Assembly: GCA_964016885.1 (NCBI GenBank)
Contig: CAXHJY010000415.1
Coordinates: forward strand, 1 to 50,138
From: Eledone cirrhosa
Lineage: Eukaryota
Length of the DNA: 50,138 bases
Direction: 5' to 3'
The notes beneath the pieces are model-generated. The model did not search any database and had not been told where the DNA came from. It saw nothing but the letters and a program-made list of their open reading frames with translations. A program made the position numbers and the translations under genes. This document shows, in pieces, positions 16,654 through 26,968 of the stretch (the stretch's first letter is position 1; each line of letters opens with the position of its first letter).

Positions 16654-19334
16654 CAAACACACAGACACAGAAAACAAGTAATGACAGTAGCACAGAAATC
16701 AGAGAAATAAGAGAAAGTAATAGGATTAAAAGGAGAAGGGAGACTAAGGACAAAGAGAATAACCAAGACGAACACACAGACACACAAAATAGGGTAGATA
16801 ACAACATTGAGCCAGTGGAAAGAGACAGGAGTAATTATGAGAGACATAGAAACAACCATGAAGCTGAGGCTGATGCCGTTGGTGGAAATAGAAACAACAC
16901 AACTAACAATAACAATAGCACTAGTACACATAAAGCAGCAGCCTGGAACTCTCCGTTTTATAACCCCTCCGATAAATCATTCGACCTGCGACGAGTCCAC
17001 GCCACGACTTTGCCATTTAACAAACGCACGCAGTTGCCGTCGCAGGTCGATGAACAAACAGAGGCACAATTTAGTATAGCTAAATCCGAACTTAGAAATA
17101 TTATAGAACAGTATAGCAAGAAGCATAATAGAATAGAGGCCCAGCAACTGGGAGAAGAATCTGCAAATGGCTTGCGTAAGCTCATGCAGCGCTCGCGTAA
17201 TGGAGAGATAGCATGCTTTACAACAGACAAGTCTGGCAGAATGTCGGTTGACAGCCTGCCAAACTACATCCAGGCAATGCAACCCCACATCACTAACACA
17301 AGAGAGGTAACACCACAGGAGCATGAGGATAGAGAAAAAACCCTCAATGCCCATATGGTGATGTGGACAAATATAATGCAGCCCAACAAAAGGACTGCCA
17401 ACAACTTCCAGGCCTGGAACAATGACGTGCCGGCGTTGTATGGGCTTCGTAAAGACCATAAAACGGGCTGGGACCCTGTCGCGGGACCACCAACACGGCC
17501 AGTCTGTGGGGCTAACATTGCTAGTAACTACAGACTGTCCTACTTCCTCTCCCTGATCATACGCCCCATCATTGAGATGTCCCCAGATGTGTGTGACAGC
17601 ACGGAGGACCTCCTCAGCAGAATCGGCGTGGGTAACCGATCTGGGGACCTAACAAACTGCATAATAGGCAGTATGGATGTTGTCTCCCTGTATCCATCTA
17701 TTGACGTGGATTTTGCTGTGGAGAAATGCGTCGAAATGATCAGCGAGAGCAAGGTTGAGTTCCGTGGGATTGATACCAGTGAGCTGGGACTTCTACTTAA
17801 GCTTACCCATAGTAATAGTTACCTAGACACTTATGACCTTAGCAACCTGTGCCCTACAAGACCAGCAAGAGGCAGACCACCTACCATTACCTCAATGGCC
17901 AAGAAAACCCACACAGATAGATGGAACGGGTGGACCAGAGCCATACGGACACCCGAAAACCACGATGAACTGAAGAAAATGATTGCACATGCGGTAGGGG
18001 CCAGCATAAAACTAACCCTTAAGGAACATATGTTCAAATTTAATGGTAAAACATATGCCCAAGAGGAAGGAGCAGCCATTGGTGTTAGCATTGCAGGCGA
18101 CATAGCTAACTTATTCATGGTATGGTGGGACAGTAGACTTAAACAAAAACTTAATGAACAATTAGAAGACAGCTTAACCATGATAATGTACTCCCGCTAC
18201 GTAGATGATATAAACATCGTAGTTAAGACACCCCCACTAAAGAACAGTCAGGAACTAGAGAAAAACACAATGGAAAGCATCCAGCAAATAGCAAACTCCA
18301 TCCACCAGAGCATTAGAGTTACTATAGACTACCCAAGTAGACACCCCAACCATCGATTACCTGTACTAGACACAGAGCTCTGGTTAGATACTATTAACAA
18401 CCAAAAACAAATCCTCCATTCCCATTATGCCAAACCCATGACTTCCAAACATCTGATCCACCGAAACTCGGCCATTTCGGACCATACCAAAATCAACATA
18501 CTGATTGCGGATTTGGTACGGGTGATGAGAAATGTGTCCCGCATGTGCAACCCCGAAGAACTAGAGAGACACATACAACACTTCATCCACCGTATGCAGT
18601 TCTCTGGCTACAATCAGAGAGATAGAATCAGAGTGTATAAAGGAGCCAGAACCAAATGGGAAAAAATGGTAAATAATGACATAAATGGGACCTGCCCCTT
18701 GTATAGGAGCAAATTTTGGAATAGAATAGAAAGAACTAAGAACAAGGCCAATAGAATAAACTCATGGTATGATAGCAATAAATACCAGAGTGTAATGTTC
18801 ATCAATACAACCCCTAGAGGCGAACTAGCCTACAAATTTAGAAGGGCCCTACAGAAACATAATCTCAATATTAAGATAGTAGAAAGACCTGGTACCTCCG
18901 TAAAAATAAAAACACTTATTAGCAAGACATACCCGTTCCAAAGACCCTCATGTATAGATAAGAAATGTATAACCTGTAAAATAAGCCCCCATATTAACTG
19001 TAAAACTAGAAATGTAGTATATAGCATAAGATGTACTGAAGGACAATGTAGAAACAAAAATGTAGTGTACATAGGTGAGACAGCTCGTAGTATAGGGGAA
19101 CGAATAAATGAACACTGGCGAGACCTCCAAGATAGTAAAGAATCATCTGTGCTCTACCAACATGCTAAGATAGAACACAGGGGTAAATTAGAGAGCATAG
19201 AAATAAAAATAGAATCCACACACAAGAAAGACGCAATGTTTAGGCAAATTACAGAGGCAGTAAGCATAAAAGAATTAAAACCAAAATTAAATAGAAAATA
19301 TGAGTGGAACAGCAACATCACAACTTACAATTAA
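16626..19334 (+). CDS. PLE reverse transcriptase + GIY-YIG endonuclease
   Basis: TDKSGR, LYGLRKDHK, PTRPVC, GSMDVVSLYPSI, QEEGAAIG, YSRYVDD, LPVLD, CxxxxCxxC linker, YIGETARS..ER..EH, LNRKYEW. Confidence 0.95.
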   Translation: MPLTTTTILTNTQTQKTSNDSSTEIREIRESNRIKRRRETKDKENNQDEHTDTQNRVDNNIEPVERDRSNYERHRNNHEAEADAVGGNRNNTTNNNNSTSTHKAAAWNSPFYNPSDKSFDLRRVHATTLPFNKRTQLPSQVDEQTEAQFSIAKSELRNIIEQYSKKHNRIEAQQLGEESANGLRKLMQRSRNGEIACFTTDKSGRMSVDSLPNYIQAMQPHITNTREVTPQEHEDREKTLNAHMVMWTNIMQPNKRTANNFQAWNNDVPALYGLRKDHKTGWDPVAGPPTRPVCGANIASNYRLSYFLSLIIRPIIEMSPDVCDSTEDLLSRIGVGNRSGDLTNCIIGSMDVVSLYPSIDVDFAVEKCVEMISESKVEFRGIDTSELGLLLKLTHSNSYLDTYDLSNLCPTRPARGRPPTITSMAKKTHTDRWNGWTRAIRTPENHDELKKMIAHAVGASIKLTLKEHMFKFNGKTYAQEEGAAIGVSIAGDIANLFMVWWDSRLKQKLNEQLEDSLTMIMYSRYVDDINIVVKTPPLKNSQELEKNTMESIQQIANSIHQSIRVTIDYPSRHPNHRLPVLDTELWLDTINNQKQILHSHYAKPMTSKHLIHRNSAISDHTKINILIADLVRVMRNVSRMCNPEELERHIQHFIHRMQFSGYNQRDRIRVYKGARTKWEKMVNNDINGTCPLYRSKFWNRIERTKNKANRINSWYDSNKYQSVMFINTTPRGELAYKFRRALQKHNLNIKIVERPGTSVKIKTLISKTYPFQRPSCIDKKCITCKISPHINCKTRNVVYSIRCTEGQCRNKNVVYIGETARSIGERINEHWRDLQDSKESSVLYQHAKIEHRGKLESIEIKIESTHKKDAMFRQITEAVSIKELKPKLNRKYEWNSNITTYN

Positions 19335-19639
19335 GGACAAAATGAAAACACACACACACATAGAACAAACAACTTACAATTGAAAACACACACAAAATGA
19401 AAACACACACAAGACAAAATGAAAACACACACACACATAGAACAAACAAGCAACCAACAATAAATAAATAAATAAACAAACAAATAGAAAAATATAAATA
19501 GAAAAATAGAAAAATGAACACAAACACACACAGACACCCGGATGTGGCGCATGCGCAAACTGAGCACGCAACCCACACACAAACAAAATGGCGTAGGATA
19601 GAAGAAAGGAAAGGCACAGAAACGAAGAAAGAAATCCCC

Positions 19640-19684
19640 AGTCACTGAAGAGGTCACAGAGTGTGTGACGAAAGAACTATGACT
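19640..19684 (+). ncRNA. Minimal type I hammerhead in the 3' pseudo-LTR
   Basis: Identical to 15351-15395. Confidence 0.78.
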
Positions 19685-19843
19685 ATATATATATAAACAA
19701 CTATCTGGTTGTGGAACCAACCAACCAACCAGAAATTTATAAAGTTGTAAATTTATAAATATTTAATAAATTAAATTGAAGTGAAAGCAATTGGTGCGTG
19801 TGTTTCTTATTGGCAACATGACCCTCCCAAAGTATAACAATAT

Positions 19844-19905
19844 ATATATATATATATATATAGTATATATATATATATATATAGTATATATATATATATA
19901 TATAG

Positions 19906-19939
<34 letters not shown>

Positions 19940-19960
19940 GTATATACATATATATATATA

Positions 19961-20008
<48 letters not shown>

Positions 20009-20161
20009 TATATATATATATAGTATATATATATATATAGTATATATATATATATATATAGTATATATATATATATAGTATATATATATATATAGTATAT
20101 ATATATATATATATAGTATATATATATATATATATATAGTATATATATATATATATATATA

Positions 20162-20197
<36 letters not shown>

Positions 20198-20400
20198 TAT
20201 ATATATATATATATAGTATATATATATATAGTGTATATATAGTGTATATATATATATATATATATATAGTGTATATATATATATATATATATATAGTGTA
20301 TATATATATATATATATATAGTGTATATATATATATATATATATATAGTGTATATATATATATATATATAGTGTATATATATATATATATATATATATAG

Positions 20401-20431
<31 letters not shown>

Positions 20432-20450
20432 TATATATATATATATATAG

Positions 20451-20481
<31 letters not shown>

Positions 20482-20521
20482 TATACATATATATATAGTA
20501 TATATATATATATATATATAG

Positions 20522-20603
<82 letters not shown>

Positions 20604-20681
20604 TATGAAGAGAGAAGAAACATTTAGATATAATTAGTAATAAAATGTATCATACCTACACTGCTCCTAATATATATATAG

Positions 20682-20765
<84 letters not shown>

Positions 20766-20790
20766 TATATATATATATATATATATATAG

Positions 20791-20821
<31 letters not shown>

Positions 20822-20904
20822 TATACATATATATATATATATAGTATATATATATATATATATAGTATATACATATATATATATATATAGTATATACATA
20901 TATA

Positions 20905-20939
<35 letters not shown>

Positions 20940-20960
20940 CGAGAGAGGGAGAGAGAGAGA
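19844..20960. repeat. Interrupted (TA)n array ending in (GA)n
   Basis: Directly visible; short unique island at 20601-20668. Confidence 0.95.
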
Positions 20961-20989
20961 AATGCTTTGTACGGCTTTTGTTTGGAGGA

Positions 20990-22340
20990 AGGAGTGACCA
21001 GCACTACGTTGTTTTATAAATAGAGACATACCCATGAAAATCATACCTTATCGGTTTAATACTCACTGGATAGTGGAAATATATTAGGGGTATTTCAAAC
21101 TTATGTGTGAATATGCAAATGAATATGTAAATAATTGAAAAACAACCGTTTTTTTAAACGACTATGGAGATAGAGAGAGAGACGAGATAATATGAGAAGG
21201 ATAAAAAAAGTGCAAGAAAGAAACAAGAGAAGATGAATAAAAACGTATAACGTTAACTTGAGGGAAATATACATCTTAATAGTACGTGTTTTTACGATTA
21301 TTAGTTGTTTTAATGAAATAAAAATTATTAAAATTAAAATTTTCAAAAAATTAGAATTATATACGTATATATTTTATGAAACTTTAAGAAGTCGAATTAG
21401 AGCAAATGTTATAGATATTATGATTTAGAGATATCAATATATTAAGACCAAGTGGATGAGATGTTTATGGAAATAAGTAGAAATATTATAAGTTCTATAT
21501 AGTTCTGAATGTTGAATTCTGGCGATGTCTTCAATAAATAAATAAATTCGTTCTTAGATTAATAGAGCTTTTACATTTAAGTATGAAAAGAATTTCCTCA
21601 ATACACAATTTGCAGAATCTAGATAAAGCTGTTTTCCAGTACGCGGGTGCTTATGAAACTGTTTCCCAAACTAATGAATAGTCCATATTCTTGCATTTTA
21701 AGTTCCATATCAGGTTTGAAAGAGAAGTTGAAGATTTTTTATCAAATCTTCGAAAAGAACAATTGTGGTTATTCCAGCGACTTTTAAATTCTGTAGAAAT
21801 TGCACCGACATAGTTAAATATATTATCACTAGTTTTAACTGTGCATTTATAGACCACGTTTTTATCTAAACACTTATTTTGTAAAGGACAGTTTGATTCA
21901 ATTCTACAGTTACATTTTGCGGAGTTGTTGTTGTTCGGAACGGTACTATTATGTTGGATATTGCTAGAGACATTACTGCTATTTTGGTTATTTTGGTTAG
22001 GGTTTAAATTCCTATTATTAATTCTATTTATATTTTGTGCTATGTTCATAGTAGTAGAGTAGGATAGTTTTATAGTATGTCTGTTAAAGGTTGAGTGGTA
22101 TCTGTGGGCTTTAGGAAAACATTTATCCAGTGCTTTAAAGAATAGCTTTGCTAAAGGTGTGTTTACGCTTAATGAGAATGGGGGTGAGTACCAAATAATA
22201 TTTCTAGTTCTAGTTCTTCTGTTAGTTTTAAAGTTTAAGTTAATTTTTTAAATTATTATTACAATTAATAGTAGGGTGATTTGCCTTATTACTGTTGTCG
22301 ATGTATTTAATCCTATTTGTATACCCTGCTCTATTTAAAT
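20990..22340 (-). mobile_element. 5'-truncated decayed lineage-2 PLE (GIY-YIG and 3' region)
   Basis: IIWYSPPF, CNCRIESNCPLQNKCLDKNVVYKCTV, YVGAISTEFKSRWNNH, CKLC. Homologous to 34940-36660. Confidence 0.82.
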
Positions 22341-22993
22341 AGAGCAGGGTATGCAAATAGGATTATACAAACTATAGGAACTTCTCCGGGACATGTGGAC
22401 ACATCAGGGCCTAGTCCTTACTTAAGCTATATTGACAATAACAACACATTGGGATGGTAACTTCCCTCTAGCTATAAGGACAGCAGTCCCACCACACCGA
22501 GCCCACGGTAAACCACCCCCTGCACAATCACCACCCCTACCCCTGCGTCGATCGACTCCTGTGACAACACGTACTTATGCATATGTTATATAAGATTGTA
22601 CATGCATAGATACTTACATGTATGCATGTGGGTGTGTGTGCATGTGGGGGTATGTGTGTGGGTGTAGGTGTGTGTGTGCGTGTGCATAGGGGATGCACCT
22701 GGGCCTGTGTTGTGCGTGTGTGATTGGAACGATGTGAGTTAACACACACGCATATGTACCCTATGCCGAGATAGGAACTGTAATCATCTGAATTACCGGT
22801 TTTTAACACTCGGGTTCTAGTGTTTTACACTCCACCCTTGTCTCATTTGCTCTTAAAACGCACCACACCATGATAGTGTAAAGATTGTGATCCTTTGCAC
22901 TTCCCGATCCTGACACACAGCCTTTCTACTTCAGTCAATATTTTCCAAATCTTTCAAACTTTGAGATTGGTTATAACACACACGCATTTTATT

Positions 22994-23530
22994 TACGGTT
23001 GTTACTTAAATAGAAGTATGTATACGTACATACTTATATTTAAGTAACTGCCGTACTAAGGGTAAGAAATGAAATTTCGTTTCAATTTTTCCATTTATTG
23101 TTTTCGGTGCGCCCGGCCGATTAACTCACTCGATATGCAAATTAAGCTGCTTAGCCGTTAATATGCATAAGGAAAGTATATACTTTCAGACGTTCAATCA
23201 TCTGGCAGGAAGGTATACGGTGCTGGCGATAGCTAATAAGCTTGAAACTAGTACATCGTTCCTTTGTCAGTGTTGAACAAAAGGGCAACGATGGTTGCTG
23301 AACACTGTACGGCTTAATTCGGGATGTTTGTTTACAAACACACCGAGCATTATAATAAATGTTCGGTAAATCCATACGTACATATATATATGTGCGCATG
23401 TATGTATATATATATATACATACTACTATACGTCTGTATACATATATGTATGTACGTATACATACTTATATTTAAGTAACAGCCGTACTAAGAGTGAGAA
23501 ATGAAATTTCATTTCAATTTTTCCATTTAT
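22994..23530. repeat. ~80 bp repeat in two direct copies plus a ~60 bp hairpin
   Basis: 23017-23098 matches 23447-23528; 22994-23055 is an imperfect palindrome. Confidence 0.7.
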
Positions 23531-23695
23531 ATACATATATATATATATATATACACGGGTGTGTATGATTGTGTATAGAAGATTATATTATTAAAAGGTA
23601 TTCCAACTTTGTCTGATTTACTCGTTTTATTTACAATCCTTTAAAATTATAATAATATTAGAATGAAATAGTATGGTAGAATGTTAAGTGTTAAT

Positions 23696-23734
23696 TGAAC
23701 AAGTATTTTCATGCTTTCGCAATCTTCAGGTTCA
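23696..23734 (-). ncRNA. Type I hammerhead-like motif with vestigial stem II
   Basis: Minus strand: TGAAC CTGAAGA ttgc GAAA GCAT gaaa ATAC TT GTTCA. Confidence 0.55.
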
Positions 23735-23988
23735 TATTCTGTGGTGACAGTCAAGTTTGCAATTTTCAACTGATATATATATGTATATTAGAAAAGGGAA
23801 GTAAGGTTCTATACACATCAGTGGATATAGAGAAATGGTGAAGTTGGAAATAGCACGGGAAATATATTTTAGTGTCTGTTTTTGTTTTTTTTCTTTCTTG
23901 AAGATCTTGAAGATCCGCATGAGGTGAAACATATATTTATATATATACATACATGAATTATATATAGATTTAATTATATATACATACA

Positions 23989-24055
<67 letters not shown>

Positions 24056-24237
24056 CGCACACACACACACATACCTACATGTAAATACACATATGTTCAC
24101 CAAACGTACATATACCAAAACCCTATTTACACATCTACACACCATACATACCTGCAAACGCACACACACACTCATACATACCCATATATACATATATACA
24201 AAACATACAGTAACGAATACACATACCCAACGATAAT

Positions 24238-24272
<35 letters not shown>

Positions 24273-24959
24273 CATATATATAAATATACACATACATATA
24301 CATACACATATACACACACAAACTCATATACATATACATATATATACATATATAAATACACGCATACATACATAACATACATACACGCATACATACATAA
24401 CATAAACATTCACATATATATATATTTTAAAAAACATCTATATAAATCCACACACGCAAAACAAATATAATACACGTACATACACATTCACATACACATA
24501 CACACATACCCATACATCCACACACACACCCACACGCACACACATACACACATATATATATATACATAAATATATATAGATATATATAAACACACACACA
24601 TATATACACAAATATACAATATACACATAAATATACAAAATGAATATATACAAATACATATATACACACATACACATATACACATATACACATAACTATA
24701 CAAAAATGCACGCATACAAAAATACACGAACAAACACGGAATACACATATACACATAACTATATACACACATACCAGTATATATAATAAATACTCCTATA
24801 AGTTATACAAACATATATACGTACGATAAAGTATACGTACCTCCACAAACATACAGGTAAGGTATACTTACCTATACAAATAAGTAATGGTATAAACATA
24901 AAATATACTTAGCTACCACATCAAGACGTAAATTATCCGCGTATTGTTCGTACTATCCG

Positions 24960-26582
24960 CTAGGATATAATACAGGAAAGTTTTATGCAATTTGTGTTTA
25001 CAAGCTGAAATTGCCTCTGATTTTTGTTTAAGATGTGATCGTTGGCGTAGAGTATTTCCAGGGCGTCAGCGGCGCAAAGATCACATGGTCTTTTATTTCC
25101 GTTATACGATCTAGCTTTAGCTAGGATCTCCCAGTGTAACCTATATTCTGTATGGTTGTCTTTTAGACTCCAGATATAAGCTGAAAGTAAAGTCATGTTC
25201 CTTCTTAAAGGGTTAAGAAAAGAATGGGTATGCATGTAAAGATGCTGCTTGAATCTATTGGCGGTTAACCCTATGTAGGCCCTACTAGAGGTGGGTACCT
25301 CGACCTTACATTTGTAGACAATATTACTGGAGAGGGCAATCAAGCCGATTCCTACAATTAGTGTTAGTACTAGATATAGGGTTGCACGTGTTGTTACGGC
25401 TATGTAATTTAGCTAAATTTGAAGCAGTGATGTTATGTGCAAAGTTAGGAGTCGTGGAGTAAGATATTTTAACGGTATTTCTATTAAAAATATTATTGTA
25501 TTTATGTGCTGAGGGGAAATGCTTCTTAAAAAGGGAGAGAAAGATTTTAACTAATGGTGTGGCCACCTCCATATTATATGGTGGGTTATACCATATAATG
25601 CGTCGGAATCTATTTTTCCTAGGTTTATGCTCATACTTAGTATATGCTACCTTATCGACAAATCCACTCCGAGCAAGAGCTTCATTGTAATGGTTGGTGA
25701 AAATATGCTCGTTTGTAGAAAGACGAGAAAGCCTCAAAAAACGTTTCTTACCAGGTTCTTGGTTATGCTGGCATGATGGTTAGAATGCTTACTGATGTAA
25801 TTAAGCGTATCATTCGGCTTTCTAAACGGGTAGTGCAAGCCATTCGACAAATTGAGGGTAACGTCGAGGTAGTTTATGACCGAAAGTTTGGCCTCAACTT
25901 GTATGGAGAGGTTGAAGCCTTTAACGAAAGCTGTGAGTTCTTTTCTAAACCTGTCGCAAGCGCGGGGACAGCACTTAGTCATGGTCAAAAGACCGTCATC
26001 GCGGCACAAGCCTCCGCCTACATTAGGGAATTCTTCCTTGATAGAGAAAAGAAGGAAAAGGCCGATAAAATCTGTAACATCCGCCGAATCACTGACGCCC
26101 ATACTCACGTCAAATGGGGTACTATTAGATTTTTTTATCCAAATGGAGTCGTCAAAATTAATCACCGACTTACGGGCATTGAGGATGGCATCAACTTCAA
26201 AATCCTTAACCACCGTGAACGTTTTAACGAAATTGATAGCTCTGAGAAGAACTGGTAAAGTGATGGAGGAGTAGTAGTTGTTGATGTCAAATTGGATAAA
26301 ACGGCAATGTTCCGTGTTGCATATTCCATTGAACCAATCAATCACCGCGAAAGAATTATTCCACAGTGCAAGAGGGGCCAAGCTTTTAATTTCAGGTATA
26401 ATTCTATCTAAAATTATTTTACTAAGTCTACACAAATCAGACTTCGTAGGGTTAATTAGCTGAATAGAAGAGTTGTTAGCAAAATTGGGTTTGTGATCCT
26501 TCAGGGTACAGTGGGAAGAAATAAGGTCCAGAGTTTCGGTCCGGTCCTGGATGTTGTGTTCAGAAGTGATTTTAAACCAAGC
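24960..26582 (-). pseudogene. Frameshifted PLE RT + GIY-YIG
   Basis: QFDINNYYSSI, FDVSMG, CRDDGL, NYLDVTLNL, IIWYNPPY, NIVYKCKV, YIGLTANRFKQ, CDLC. Confidence 0.9.
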
Positions 26583-26931
26583 ATATATATATTTTATATA
26601 GAAAGGGCTTCTACAGAACTAGAACTGTTTCATTCGTGAGAAATCATCAGGGATGTGGTGGTATTTATATCCTTTCTGGTGGTAGGAGTGGGTGGTGATT
26701 GGGATGGGTGGAGGTCATTGGTTGGTGGGTTTAAAGAAAAAGGAATTCTTTAAAAACTATATTTAGAGAAACAAAGGCAGAAAGAATTCTATAGACAGGT
26801 TCACCCTGGGGGTGCCACTCCTGATTTTAAAGGTTCACTTAAGCTAACAATGGCTATGCTCAAATCTCTACAAACACACTCACACATATAAGCCCTCACT
26901 CCACACACTCGCACAAACAAACACTCTTATA

Positions 26932-26967
<36 letters not shown>

Positions 26968-26968
<1 letters not shown>

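Larger units (their letters stand above)
14066..19843 (+). mobile_element. Young Penelope-like element (family 1a), partial tandem with ~1.49 kb direct pseudo-LTRs, inserted in (TA)n
   Basis: 14066-15554 repeats 18349-19843 with a few substitutions and one 6 bp indel. (TA)n on both sides. Confidence 0.95.
23580..26582 (-). mobile_element. 5'-truncated decayed lineage-2 PLE, copy 2
   Basis: Colinear homolog of ~8850-10815. Coding remnant, CA-rich 3' region and a hammerhead near its 3' end. Confidence 0.87.

Noticed and set aside
16122-16807. Leu/Val/Cys-rich antisense ORFs (also 39723-40280, 40671-41228)
   Set aside because: Reverse frames of the (AAC)n Asn-coding region.
26615-26660. Minus-strand CTGATGA...GAAAC motif
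   Set aside because: Stem I does not pair; at most a decayed remnant.
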